A stretch of 52,815 nt of DNA. It comes from Octopus sinensis (taxonomy: Eukaryota). The DNA lies in assembly GCF_006345805.1 (NCBI RefSeq), contig NW_021835103.1, forward strand, positions 1 through 52,815. The letters run 5' to 3'. Below, piece by piece: positions 40,592 to 52,562 of this stretch. The first letter of the stretch is position 1. Each line of letters starts with the position of its first letter. A program made the position numbers and the translations under genes. Under the pieces are notes generated by a model, which saw only the letters and a list, made by a program, of their open reading frames with translations, had not been told where the DNA came from and ran no database searches.

Positions 40592-41239
40592 TATATTATC
40601 CACTTCGGCGCCTCCCAGCTATGTTAGTAAACCTTAGAACAAAATTAGAAATATTTTGTGGTATAATACCTTCTTCAGTTTAAATATTAAAAACTAATAT
40701 TGCCTATCATTTTCTAAATTTCAATATCGTTTCACTTTCTGACGCATCATAAATATCTTAAGATCTTTAATGGAAACACAATTAAAGTTAGTCACTCTTG
40801 GTGTAAGTATGCTCTATAAATTAATTCAAGTCAAAAAGAATTACAAACACCAATAATACCATATCTGTCGCTACTCCTAATTGCATAGTTTCTAACAAGT
40901 ATTTTATCCACTGCAATACTTCTAAAAGATCAATAGTTTATTGTATTAAGGTGGAGCTAAAGAATACCTGAGAATTTAAGTGTACACACTCACACACGCA
41001 CATACCCAGACCCACATAAAACGTTGCTATTATGTTAAACTGTCGTATGTCAAAATTTGGCCGAATGCATTTTTTTTTCAATATTTAATTTTGCTTGCAG
41101 TAGCCGGTTCTTTTAGTTAAACTATCGTATCTCCAGCTGTTTCAGATGAAAATTGTCAAAGTGTTGTACAACGGTTCAGCATTTTTCAAAAGTGTAGTAA
41201 GCCTCACACAGAACAGTTTTGCAAAAATATTTCTTTTAT

Positions 41240-41690
41240 ATTTTATCTTTTATCTTCTACTTGTTACAGTCATCAGACTGTGGCCATGTTGGGGTACCTC
41301 TTTGTGAGCATTTTTAGTCGAATCAATCTACCCCTGAAATATTTTGTATAGCCTGCTACCTATTCTATTGGTATTTTTGTCGAATCGCTAATTACGGGTC
41401 CTAAACATACCAACACCAATTGCAAAGAGGGGACAAAGACAGACACAAAGACACACACAAGCGCGCGCACACACACACACACGCATACGCGCGTATACGC
41501 GCAGATACATATATGCAAATATATAGGATGGGCTTCTTTCAGTTTCCGTCTACCAAATCCACTCACAAGGCTTTGGTCGGCACGAGGCTATAGTAGACGA
41601 CACTCGTCCAAGGTGCCACGCAGTGGGACTGAACCCGGAACCATGTGGTTGAGAAGTAAACTTCTTACCACACTGTCACGCCTGCGCCTA
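41240..41690 (-). mobile_element. SINE family A (diverged 3' half)
   Basis: Collinear with family A, followed by (CATC)n/(TCTA)n. Confidence 0.85.
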
Positions 41691-41718
41691 TCCATCCATC
41701 CATCCATCCATCCATCCG

Positions 41719-41817
<99 letters not shown>

Positions 41818-41830
41818 CTCTCTCTGTCTG

Positions 41831-41862
<32 letters not shown>

Positions 41863-42511
41863 AATCTATCTATCTGTTGTGTGTGTGTGAGTGCGTGTAT
41901 GTGAGTTTGTGTTGTGGATTGGATTGTGTGTGTGTACGTGTGTGTATGTACATATATGTGCATATACATATTCATATACACGCTATAATGTTTGCTGCTA
42001 AGTATGTACTATACTAAAATGTACTAAGTGATCCCTTTTAATGTTAAATTTTTTACATATTAAAACAATTTATTATTAAGCTGAAGGATTACTCAATACG
42101 TTTCCACTGCCAACACCTTCCTCGTTCGTGCGCGCGCACACACACCTTACTTTATGTATGTAAAGCGATATTATGAAATCATTTAATAAGTATGTTTCAT
42201 CTATGCGTAATATATGACGGGAAATGCATCCATTACGTAAATACGTAATGGGTGCAGTTCATTTTATGCATCACAAAAGTGCTTGGATTTTGTTCCCTGT
42301 GTCACAGAACAATATCCGGTCTGTTATGTTTGCTCCGAATTCCTGTTTTTATTGGAGTTTTCCACTAGAATTCCTTGTTTTTAAAAGTGTGAATACGTGC
42401 TAGTTCTGACATGCCTTTCATGTATACGTCAAGGCAATTCTTCCTGTGGATAGCGTTGTAAACAGTCTTTGAAATATACCATGCCTCAGGGGCAGGTAGT
42501 ATCTCGTAAAC

Positions 42512-42842
42512 CAGGGCTGGCCAACCTGAGGCCCGCGGGATGCATGCGGCCCACAGACTTATATCTTGCGATCCGCTTGATACTTTCTTGAATAGGGTTT
42601 ATTTAAACAAACATATAAAAAAAAATTATCGAAAATTAAAGATTTTAATGAAAAGTAAAAAAGAAAGATAATACTGTTTTGCAAAGATATTATTTCATGT
42701 TGAATCAACGATCTTTCATTCATTATTGTAGTAATAGTATGAGAAAGCAAAATACTTTCAATTCTCTCGTTATACAAGAGGCCCTCAAAAGTCTTTCTGT
42801 GATTAAAGTGGCCCGCAATGTAATTTGAGCTGGCCAGGCCTG
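42512..42842. mobile_element. hAT (Charlie-like) MITE, 331 bp
   Basis: TIR CAGGGCTGGCCAAC / reverse-complement CAGGCCTGGCCAGC. 8 bp TSD TCGTAAAC (42504-42511) vs TCGTAGGC (42843-42850). Confidence 0.85.
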
Positions 42843-42849
42843 TCGTAGG

Positions 42850-43631
42850 CATTTTGAGGTAGCTGCTGATGATATGGGTGATATCTTCCACACTGGTATA
42901 ACAGAATCGATATTTTTTTTTTATCACAAACGGGAGGTTTGGTGATATGTTTTTCTCTCTTGTTTATCAGGTATTTAGTCTCTTGTGCTTGCATAGTGAA
43001 GGTAATGAAACTAGCAAGAAAATTATCTTCATCGACTTCAAACAGTTCCAGATTGTTCGTGGACAAAATGCACCTAGTGCGTTTCTGTCAGGAGTCAAAA
43101 GGCGAGGGACCCGAGAACCCAAGTTCTTTTGCCACAATGTTGTCTGCTCTTTCAGTTGAGATGCCCGTTCTCTCGGCTATCTGACGACACGATATTCGGC
43201 GATCTTGCATTATCATACTAAGAGCAAGGTCAAAGTTATCCTTGGTGGTTGCAGTTGGAGGTCTTCCTGGTCTGGGATCATCTTCCACACTCTCTCTGCC
43301 ACGCTTGAATTCATTTACCCAGCGTTTGACTGTTGCATATGAAGGAACATTGTCTGTTAAGGTTTTCACCATATCTTCATGAGTTTCTGGTGGAGTTATA
43401 CCTTTCAAATGAAGATATTTTATGACAGCACGATATTCAGTTTTCTCCATTTTCCTTGTAACCGCGACAATTGTTTATTAAAAAATCTGTAACAAAAAAT
43501 AAAAAAATAAATTAAAAATATCATGAAAATAAGCAAGAATATTCCGAAAAAACTACTTACCAGAAAAATTTGTTTCAGCTATCTAGCAGCCCTGTTTCTA
43601 GGTTAGGGTCCAAACTTTTCGTACACCCTCG
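42850..43631 (-). pseudogene. Mariner element: 5' TIR plus transposase N-terminus, internally deleted
   Basis: ORF 43088-43450 MEKTEYRAVIKYLHLKG...VKRWVNEFKRGRESVEDDPRPGRP...ELGFS, continued by RLLTP...FLASFIT. TIR CGAGGGTGTACGAAAAGTT reads inward from 43631. Confidence 0.9.
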
Positions 43632-43641
43632 TGTGTGTTTA

Positions 43642-43687
<46 letters not shown>

Positions 43688-43903
43688 TATGTATAGGTGT
43701 GTGTGTGTGTGTGTATGTGTGTATTTATTCGTCTGTCAGTCTCGTGTCTTTCTCTATCTGTCTTTACATCCACCCATACACGCATATATATGTGTAGTGT
43801 GGTGTGGTGTGTGTGTGGTTAGTATCTGTACATATTGTTGTGTATCTATCTATCTACCTACCTGTATATATATGTATATATATATTACATCAACATACAT
43901 ATA

Positions 43904-43936
<33 letters not shown>

Positions 43937-44459
43937 GTATATTATACATGCGTATCATGTCTAGATGCTTTTAAGTAAGCATGTATGTTAGCATACACGT
44001 ATGTGTGTATTCGTGTGTGTGTGGCTGTTTTCTTCCATTTGATACCATACAAAAAAAATTCCAAATCGATAAAACTAAGTTCTGATGAACGAAAATTGGA
44101 ACGAGGTGGAGGAAGAAAAAGTTGAATTGAAAATTTATAAAAACGGTAATGAATAACCAACGTTGAAACTAGAACTCGTATCTAAATTCAACAAAGAAAA
44201 CTAAAATAAAACCCCTTAAAGTTTTAATTCGAATCGATAGCAATTTGTATTTATTTGTTTATTTATTTATTTATTTTCGAAATTTTACATCAAGTTCGAA
44301 TTCCAATTTTATATTCACCCTACTCTAATTTTCGTTTATAAATTAGAAATTTCAAACAGAAAAATTGACAATGAATAAATAAATAAATAAATAAATGAAA
44401 TTGAAAAATAACATAAAATATATGGTTAGTATTGGCGCACGTTATGTGACAAAGCGGCG

Positions 44460-44552
44460 CTGGCGCGGCTGTGTTGTTGGAAAAGTTTGTTTCCTAATCA
44501 CGTGGTTCCAGGTTCAGACTCCCTTGGTAAAAAAACTTGGGCAAGTGTCTTC
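44460..44552 (+). mobile_element. Degenerate SINE family A 5' fragment
   Basis: cacgtggttccaggttcagactccc...cttgggcaagtgtcttcta. Confidence 0.6.
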
Positions 44553-44698
44553 TACCCTTTTCACTTTTTTCATTTGACTTTATCGTTTTCTGTTATTCGT
44601 TTTCCGTTTATTTTTAACCTTCCACGTTTTCTATATGCTTCTTTCTCAACTTTTGCTTTTCTTCTCGCATTCACTTTTTAGTTCGTTACGATGTGTTT

Positions 44699-44759
44699 TG
44701 TGCCTGATGAATATATATATTTGAGGCATTTCTCAACATATGAAACTATTAGTAGCACA
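44699..44759 (+). ncRNA. Type I hammerhead ribozyme with fully canonical core
   Basis: TGTGC-CTGATGA-ATAT...TTGAG-GCATTT-CTCAA-C-ATAT-GAAA-CT-ATT-AG-TA-GCACA. Stem I is 5 bp; stem II is ATAT/ATAT plus TTGAG/CTCAA; stem III is ACT/AGT; triplet GUA with cleavage predicted after 44754. Confidence 0.8.
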
Positions 44760-44850
44760 TAAAAAAAGCGTTGTATCTATTAAGTAATATTTATCTCTCA
44801 CCAGATGGAGTACTCTTTTTGTTGATCTTACCATCACAAAACAGTGTATT

Positions 44851-45120
44851 ATCTATTATATAACATCCGTTCTGTCTGTCAATGTGTGTGTGTGTCTTCT
44901 AGGATCTCAGGCATCCTCCATCTGATTGTGCTCAGGGCATGTATAAGTCTTGAAAAAATTACAAAAATCGATTCCTGGTGAGAACGCGATCGATAAAGTC
45001 GTGGGACCGTGCATTTGTACGCGCAAGTACAACAGCTGTTGCGATCGATACTACGCGTACGCGAGAAAAATGCACGTTCAGTTTGCGCAAAAAAAGCCAG
45101 CCTGTTGGTGTCTCAAATTT
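44851..45120 (+). mobile_element. Possible non-autonomous Helitron/DINE-1-like element
   Basis: Starts atctattatataacatccgttctgtctgtc followed by (TG)n, a DINE-like layout. 3' end not resolved. Confidence 0.4.
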
Positions 45121-45264
45121 AGCTTGAATCAGTGTTTCTCAAAGAGGAGGCCTATGGGACGGTTGAACAAGTTGTTTTGAGAAAATTTGATTTAAATGTT
45201 TGACAACTCAGCACCGTCAATTGGACGGTGAGGGGGGCGTTTTGCTCGTATATATATATACTTT

Positions 45265-45475
45265 CATTTTTTTATTTGTTTACCCGTTTCAGTTATTTGA
45301 CTGCGGCCATGTTGGAGCATCGCCTTATAGGTTGTTAGTCGAAGAAATCGACACCAGGACTTACTCTTTGTAAGCCTAGTGCTTATTCTATCGGTCTCTT
45401 TTGCCGAACCGCTAAGTTACGGTGGACATAAACGCACGCACCAGCATCAGTTGACAAAGCAATGGCGGAAGAGAA

Positions 45476-45500
<25 letters not shown>
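45265..45500 (-). mobile_element. SINE family A 3' half
   Basis: gactgcggccatgttggagc...tgccgaaccgctaagttacgg. Confidence 0.85.
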
Positions 45501-45506
<6 letters not shown>

Positions 45507-45649
45507 TACACACAATCACACACACACACACACAATTTTTTTTCAGAATGAGGTAAAAAAACAAGGCTATAAGACTTTCTATTTATGAATGTCCTAAACT
45601 CTTCACAGCCTTGGTTTTTTTTAACTCATTCTGAAAAAAAAATCATATA

Positions 45650-46107
45650 TACACATGCTGATATATGGCCTACGTTGGACTCCTTCTTCGGTGATCACCG
45701 AACCTGGAGCTTAACTATAGTCTATCCATAGCACATACTCAGCATTACTATCTATCTGAAATTTAAAACAGAGGGTTACCTACTTGCAAACAAATGTGGT
45801 AACATGTAACAATATTGACCGAGGTTACCGTGGTCTTTTCCGTAGGCTTTTATTCCCACGGATAAACCTTACCTGCTTCCCCCTTTACACCTTACATCAA
45901 GACACTGTGATACACTATCCCTATTGATCGTTTTTTTCTTTTGTTTCTTTCTCTTTTTTTTTCTTCTTCTTCTTCTCCTTTCACTTTTACGATCCCTTTT
46001 GATCGAAAACGTATCCCACCTTTTTTTCTTCTCCCCCCCCCAAAGAAAAGCTCTACTTTGTAATCTGCCCCGTCCGTGTGCAGCCCTGTGTGGCTAATAA
46101 AGAAACA

Positions 46108-46108
<1 letters not shown>
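45650..46108 (+). mobile_element. Longest copy of repeat family E (probable LINE 3' end), with (TCTA)n tail to ~46300
   Basis: Shares its 3' ~130 bp with 10330-10448 and 51022-51210. The 5' boundary is approximate. Confidence 0.6.
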
Positions 46109-46178
<70 letters not shown>

Positions 46179-46236
46179 ATCTGTCTATCTGTGTGTCTGT
46201 CTATCTGTTTGTTTGTGTGTCTGTCTACCTATCGAT

Positions 46237-46292
<56 letters not shown>

Positions 46293-46410
46293 TTGTCTCT
46301 CTGTCTGTCTGTATTCCGTATATATGTATGTTGTAAACACACATGTACATACACACACATGTACATACATACATACATACTGCATACATACATACCTACA
46401 GAGACCTATA

Positions 46411-46449
<39 letters not shown>

Positions 46450-46558
46450 GTGTGGCATGTATGTTGCATATACATATATACATATATATATGTATATGTA
46501 AGTATGTATATATATATATGTATACGTACATACATACATATATATATATATAGAATAT

Positions 46559-46589
<31 letters not shown>

Positions 46590-46590
46590 A

Positions 46591-46625
<35 letters not shown>

Positions 46626-47029
46626 TTAACACATATATGTATATGTATATTAACACAATATACATATATGTATATATGTAATTGCAAACACACATACTCT
46701 CTCTCTCACATATACATACACACCACATACACACATAAACGCGCGCGCACACACACGTACACGCACACGCAAATACATGCACATAGCGAATTTACCTGTA
46801 GGGCAGTTCTGATTTGGTAACTTGATAATCCAATATGATATTCAAAAGGATTCTTATCTTCAGAAATTAACATTTCAAATTCAGAACCCAATTTAGAAGC
46901 ATCGAGACATACACTAGTCTCTTACAGGTAACTCGAGCAAGAATGTTGCAATAAAAATACCTTATAAATAGAGTATTCCCCTGTATAACAGATACAAAGC
47001 CTGAAATGTGGTGGTGGGGGAAGTATAGT

Positions 47030-47490
47030 TGATTTCATCAACCCCAGTACTCAACTGGTACTTAATATATCGATCCCGAAAGGATGAAAATTAAAGTTGA
47101 CCTCGGCGGAATTTGAACTCAGAACGTAGTGACGGGCGAGGTGGCAGAAACGATAGCACACCGGGCGAAATACTTAATCCGTTTGTTAGTCCTTGTTTGT
47201 CTCCTCTGTGTGTAGCCCCTTGTGGGCAGTAATAAATAGGTATTTCGTCTGCCGCTACGTTCTGAGTTCAAATTCCGCCGAGGTCGACTTTGCCTTTCAT
47301 CCTTTCGGGGTCGATTAAATAAGTACCAGTTACGCACTGGGGTCGATATAATTGACTTAATCCGTTTGTCTGTCCTTGTTTGTCTCCTCTATGTTTAGCC
47401 CCTTCTGGGCAATAAAGAAATAAGAACGTAGTGATGCGCAAAATGCCCGCTAAGCATTTCTTTCAGTGCGCTAATGATTCTTCCAGCTTA
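47030..47490. mobile_element. SINE B (minus) with a second SINE B (plus, 47133-47422) inserted into it
   Basis: TSD AGAACGTAGTGA at 47121-47132 and 47423-47434. Confidence 0.85.
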
Positions 47491-47519
47491 CTGTCTTAGA
47501 TAAAGCTATAGATAATCCT

Positions 47520-47700
47520 TTTCTGTTAAAGGCACAAGGCCTGAAATTTGGAGGAGGGGGTATAGTCGATTACATCGACCCCAGTACTCAACTGGTACTT
47601 AATTTGTCGACACCGAAAGGATGAAAGGTAAAGTCGACCTCGGCGGAATTTGAACTCAGAACATAACGACGGGCGAAACACTTCTGCCAGGTCACCGCCT
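47520..47700 (-). mobile_element. SINE family B (alternative tail type)
   Basis: aggcacaaggcctgaaattt...tggtacttaattt...gtcgacctcggcggaatttgaactcag. Confidence 0.85.
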
Positions 47701-47789
47701 TTATATTAGAACGAATCATATAACAGCTCGTTAGGCGGAAAATGGTTAGATGTCTACTCAAAGGATAATGCGAACCACGCATCTAAAGC

Positions 47790-48040
47790 AGGTGTTCTCA
47801 ATCATTTATTGCTATGGACCCCTTTAATTCTATTTTATTCTGGTAGACCCCCATAGCCTTGCGATGTTTAAAATCTAGTTTTATAGAAACTTCTCTCAAA
47901 ATTCCTATTTTTGTTTTCACACATTAACTTGTTTAGGCTGAATTGTATACATATTAGAGAAAGAAACCTAGCTGTTTCTTGTAATGCACACCAATACACG
48001 CATACATACTTTTTTGGGGTCCTTAAAATAGCATTGAGGA
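47790..48040. mobile_element. hAT-like element fragment
   Basis: CAGGTGTTCTCAA Charlie-type terminal motif. Partner TIR not clearly found. Confidence 0.4.
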
Positions 48041-48390
48041 TCTTCAATTTACTGTTGAAGGGTTTAGTCGAGCAAATCGGACCCAGTGCTTATATTTTTT
48101 TTAAAGGCTGGTACTTATTCTGTCGGTCTCTTTTATCGAACCGCTAATTGACTGAGACATGTGCACAGCATCAATATTGGTTGTCAAGTAGTGGCGTAGT
48201 ATAAACACAACACAAACACAGACACAGAAAACCGTACACCCCCCTCACGCATATTTATATGTAAGTATGTATGCATATATGTATGTATGCATATATGTAT
48301 GTATGCATGTATGTATGTATGCATATATGTATGTACGTATGTATGTATTTATCAATCTCTCTCTCGCTCTCTATATGTACACATATATAC

Positions 48391-48433
<43 letters not shown>

Positions 48434-48462
48434 TTATATATATTACAAAGTTATTCATTTAC

Positions 48463-48583
48463 AGATGAGCAGGGTGAAATGAGTATTTTGCTTAAAAGCA
48501 CATCACACCATCCGTCCCAGGAATCGAAATCACGATCTTTCGATTGTGTGTGTAATCTCCTAAGTTCTTGGCCATGCACCTTC
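48463..48583 (-). mobile_element. Degenerate SINE family C 5' fragment
   Basis: gagcagggtgaaatgagtattttgcttaaaagcaca...ccaggaatcgaa...ggccatgcaccttc. Confidence 0.6.
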
Positions 48584-48779
48584 TTAATATGCAACATAAC
48601 TACGATAAACCCTACGTGATAGTCATGACTGGAATGTGTTTGGTCATAAATCTGCTCAACCAGACTTGACTTCAGGAGAAAAACAACAGTGGTAGCAATA
48701 ATAACAACACAAACTCTTCATTAATTCTATCTGAAGGATAAACATTTTCTGGCATTTCTTAATTCCTTGGAAAGATTTT

Positions 48780-49120
48780 AATCCTTAGCATCTCTTGCCA
48801 AGAGAAATGCCAGAAACCTTTTCCTCGTCGTTCGTGCAACTGTCCTCTTTAGCGTTCTTACTTCAAGCAGAGAGAGATTTTGTTTTATTACATGGATGCC
48901 TTCTATTATAATATCGATAGAGAATGTTTCATTTAAAACAAATAAACACATACAATGAATAGACATCGCGAAGTAAATCTGAAATTATACAGGTTACCTT
49001 CAAAAAAGTATAGACCTGTTTAATGATTATGAAGTCCAGTTCGAATATTCTAAGAGAACGTTCAGACTTGTAAACAAGCCATTCACTGTGTTTTGTCATT
49101 GAATTTTTAATCATCACCGT
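48780..49120 (-). pseudogene. Possible decayed PLE ORF N-terminus
   Basis: RIFELDFIIIKQVY and LSLLEVRTLK loosely resemble PLE N-terminal LDFL..C..Y / LL..EI motifs; adjacent to a hammerhead motif. Confidence 0.25.
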
Positions 49121-49246
49121 TTAGCGTACTTTCCCCGTAATTTAAGTACGATGAGCTGTCGATTTGCGCTACCAGCCGACATATGTTGACTGGAAGAACA
49201 TGAGAGATTGGCTCTTTTATCAGCTCGTAGAGCCACTGCTCGGTTT

Positions 49247-49294
49247 CTGTGACTGAAGAGGAGATAAGCACCCCGAAATGCTAGCATTTCACAG
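49247..49294 (+). ncRNA. Type I hammerhead ribozyme, canonical CUGAAGA/GAAA core
   Basis: CTGTGA-CTGAAGA-GGAG-ATAAGCA-CCCC-GAAA-TGCTAGCA-TT-TCACAG. Stem I is 6 bp, stem II has one A.C mismatch, stem III is palindromic ATGCTAGCAT, triplet AUU. Confidence 0.75.
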
Positions 49295-49659
49295 TCTGGA
49301 TAAGTGACGCTGCGAGCTGATTTGGCTGTATTTTACACTATATGTCTACAGCGCGAAATATTCTTCAAGACAAATACGGCGAATGGCTTGCATACGAGTC
49401 CGAACGTTCTCTTAGCATATTTGAACTGGTATTTACAGTGCATTTTTACTTATCACCGCTTAGCGCACACACCCTTTGATATAAAGTCAGCGTTTATTAA
49501 AATGCATTTCATTTTCAAAATTTAATAGCATTTGTTGACAGAATGGAAGTTTTAAAGACCGCCTTCAACTGCATTTTCAAATTTCTGGTAGCCCTTTATG
49601 ATGAAATTCCTATACTGGAAGCTTAGTGTAGTTCACTTTATTATGTCAGTGGGCCTAAA

Positions 49660-49835
49660 AGGCAGCGAGCTGACAGAATCATTAACACGCCGGGTAAAAT
49701 GCTCAGCGGCGTTTCATTCGCCTTTACGTTCTAAGTTCAAATTCTGCCGAGGTCGATTTTGCCATTTATCGTTTCGGGGTTGAAAACTGGGGTCGATGTA
49801 ATCGATTTACTTCTCTAAAGTTGCTGGCCTATGGG
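49660..49835 (+). mobile_element. SINE family B, diverged
   Basis: ggcagcgagctgacagaatc...gttctaagttcaaattctgccgaggtcga. Confidence 0.75.
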
Positions 49836-50121
49836 CCAAAATTTGTTAATGATTCTGTCACCTCGTGATGACAGATTCTTCATCTGTCAGTCGCTCAGAA
49901 ACAGGAGAAAAACGTCGTCGGAGCTCTGTGCGGAATTCAACGAGGCAAATACTTCACGAATATCAACCAGAACTGTTAGAAGGAGGCTTGTAGAGTATGG
50001 TCTGAAAGACTGTAAAGCCAGGAAGAAGCCTTGGGTTTCTGAAGCAAATATGGAAAAATGTCTTCAGTGGGCCAAAAAACCACTCAAATTGGGCCAGTGA
50101 GCAATGGTTGAAAGTCATATG

Positions 50122-50355
50122 TATTTCTTTATTACCCACAAGGGGCTAAACATAGAGGGGATAAACAAGGACAGACAAAGGTATTAAGTCGATTACATCG
50201 ACCCCAGTGCGTAACTAGTACTTAATTTATCGACCCCGAAAAGATGAAAGGCAAAGTCGACCTCGGCGGAATTCGAACTCAGAACGTAACGGTAGACGAA
50301 ATACGTCTACGCATTTCGCCCGGCGTGCTAACGATTCTGCCAGCTCGCCGCTTTA
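50122..50355 (-). mobile_element. SINE family B monomer (234 bp) with 15 bp TSD, inside the Tc1
   Basis: TSD GTTGAAAGTCATATG at 50107-50121 and 50356-50370. Confidence 0.95.
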
Positions 50356-50392
50356 GTTGAAAGTCATATGGTCTGACGAAAGTAACTATGAG

Positions 50393-50508
50393 GTAAGTTA
50401 GTACATGTATTCAATCAACATATAAACTTAATGAAACTGGTTTGTTGCCCAAAATATATAAAATAAAATATCCAACATAAAGCTAATATATTTCATGTTC
50501 TTACTTAG
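50393..50508 (+). other. 116 bp spliceosomal intron in the Tc1 transposase
   Basis: GAG|GTAAGT...GCTAAT (50482-50487)...TTACTTAG|GTT. Removal joins DESNYE to VFVTFG in phase 0. Confidence 0.8.
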
Positions 50509-51021
50509 GTTTTCGTTACATTTGGTGCAACTCTCGTGAGTCTCAGAGTTGGGGGAAGCATTTAAGGCTAAATGTCTGCTACCAACCGTAAAACATGGGG
50601 ATAGTTCTATCATGCTGTGGGCCTGCATGTCTGCCATGGGACATGGAAAAATGTTTTTATGTCAGGGAAGGAGGAATTCAGCTACCTATGGTTTTATGTT
50701 AGGGGATGTTTTAGAGCCATCAATTGCTAAGTTGCATGCAGGAGTGTCGAAAAGTAGTGTTATCTTTCAACAGAACAACGCTCCATGTCATACAGCAAAA
50801 AATACTCGTCAATGGTTTGAGACACAGGGTATAGTTCCCATGGACTGGCCAGCTCAAAGTCCCGATCTAAATTCGATCGAACACCTATGAGGAACTCTTG
50901 GTGAAGCTATCAGGAACACAACAATTAAAAATAAAGAGCATTTGTACCAAACGTTGAGAGAAGAATGGAGTAAAATTGCGCCTAGCACCTGCAAGAAACT
51001 AGTTGAGTCAATGTCTAACCG

Positions 51022-51210
51022 TATATGTTTCTTTATTAGCCACACAGGGCTGAACACAGAGGGGACAAATTACAAAGTAGAGGTTTTCTTTTTGGGGAGA
51101 AAAAAATTTTTAATAAAAAATAAAATAAAATAAAAGCGGGGGATAGGTTTTCGATCAAAAGGGATCGTAAAAAAAAAGAAAAAAAACGATCAATAAGGAT
51201 CGTGTGTATA
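51022..51210 (-). mobile_element. Repeat family E 3' fragment inserted in the Tc1 C-terminus
   Basis: Reverse complement of the 10330-10448 tail. Interrupts the R-I-K-A-V-I-like codons. Confidence 0.8.
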
Positions 51211-51367
51211 AAAGCGGTAATTGATGATAAAGTAGGGTCATCCAGATATTAAAACTAATGTATATTGTGAAATATACCATAATCTACCATGTGCACGAGT
51301 TTCAGTAACATTGAGATGGCAGAACCCCAAAACATTGGGGGTGGCCTAATACTTTTGGCCAAGGCTG

Positions 51368-51399
<32 letters not shown>

Positions 51400-52109
51400 T
51401 GTATGTATGTATGTATGTATGTATGTACGTTGTACGTATGTATGTATGTATGTATGTATGTATGTATGTATGTATGTATGTATGCGTGTGCGCGTTTATG
51501 TATGTATGTACACATGCGTACGTGAGTAGGAGTCTATGAGTGTAGAGGAATTGCAAAGATAAGATCGCAAGTTCAGGTGTGAGAGAGAGCGAGAGAGAGA
51601 GAGAGAAAGAGAGGGAGAAAGGGAGAGAGAGAGAAAGGAAGACAGAGAAAATGAAGAAGGAAAGAAAAAGAAAAAGAAGGAAGAAATAAAAAAAGGAAAG
51701 AAAGAAAGAAGTAGCAAGATAATAAGACAGCAAAAACAGCCATCATTGTATCGCAGTTTGGTTTTCAGAATTAAATTATTCATATCCAACGTGGTGCATT
51801 CTGAAAATTTCAAGTGTTTTTTTTTTTTTTTTTTGTTTTTTTTGGTTACTGTTGCAGCAGAGAGTGCCGTCGTGTGTTTAGTTTTAATTTAGATAGAAGT
51901 GCTTAGATAAAACGATTATATATAATCTGTAGAGTTCCTAAGTTCAGCTGGTGTTCAACTCGACTCTGACCCTGTTTGCTGTTTCGGTTGTAGCTTGGTT
52001 GGCGCTTTCGTTATTTTTTTGCGCTATTTTATGTGTTTTGGTTGTTGGTATTAGAAGTGACTGCTTAACGTTGAGTCTACTGAGTACGTTTAAAGACGCT
52101 CAGTTTAAC

Positions 52110-52562
52110 ATGAATTTAGCAAAAGAATAGAGAGAGGGGGAGGGAAGGGTGAGAGAGAGAGAAGGAGAGAGAGAAATGGGAGAGAGAGAGAAAAAGGAAG
52201 AGAGAGAGCGAAATTGAGAGAGAGAAAAAGGGGAGAGAGAGCGAAAGTGAGAGAGAGAGAGAGAAAGAGAGAGGAAAAAGCGGGAAAGAGAGCGAAAATG
52301 GGGAGGAGAGAGAGCGAATGTGAGAGAGAGATAGATCTATAGAGAGAGAGGGAAAAGAGGGAAAGAGGCAGCGAAAGTGAGCAAGAGAGAGAGAGAACGA
52401 GACAAAGGGGGTAAGGGAGAGAGAAAAAGGAGGAGAGAGCAAAAGTGAAAGTGAGAGACTGAGACAGAAAGAGAGAGAAGAGAGAGGAAAAGGGAGAGAG
52501 AGAGAGAGCGAAAGTGAGCGAGAAAGGGAAAGAGGGAGAGAGAGAATGAGAGAGAGAGAGAG
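52110..52562. repeat. (GA)n-rich array with recurring AGCGAAAGTGA-like spacers
   Basis: Direct reading. Confidence 0.9.

Larger units (their letters stand above)
49838..51367 (+). pseudogene. Tc1 (DD34E) transposon, 5'-truncated, with one intron and two retroposon insertions
   Basis: SPRDDRF...STRTVRRRL..GLK..KARKKP...WAK; WSDESNYE|intron|VFVTFG...CLLPTVKHG...QQNNAPCHT...WPAQSPDLNSIEHL...AVIDDKVGSSRY*. 3' TIR reverse-complement CAGCCTTGGCCAAAAGTATTAGGCC, with TA at 51368-51369. Confidence 0.92.

Noticed and set aside
40645-40685. Minus-strand CTGAAGA-A-GGTA/TACC hairpin
   Set aside because: GAAA is replaced by ACAAAA and stem I does not pair; at best a very decayed motif.
41146-41196. AG...GT bounded open segments (also 19321-19450, 31205-31278, 33823-33915)
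   Set aside because: Splice-like motifs are frequent in AT-rich DNA, and the peptides match nothing I recognise or each other.
45127-45190. CAGTGTTTCTCAA hAT-like terminus
   Set aside because: No convincing partner TIR or TSD.
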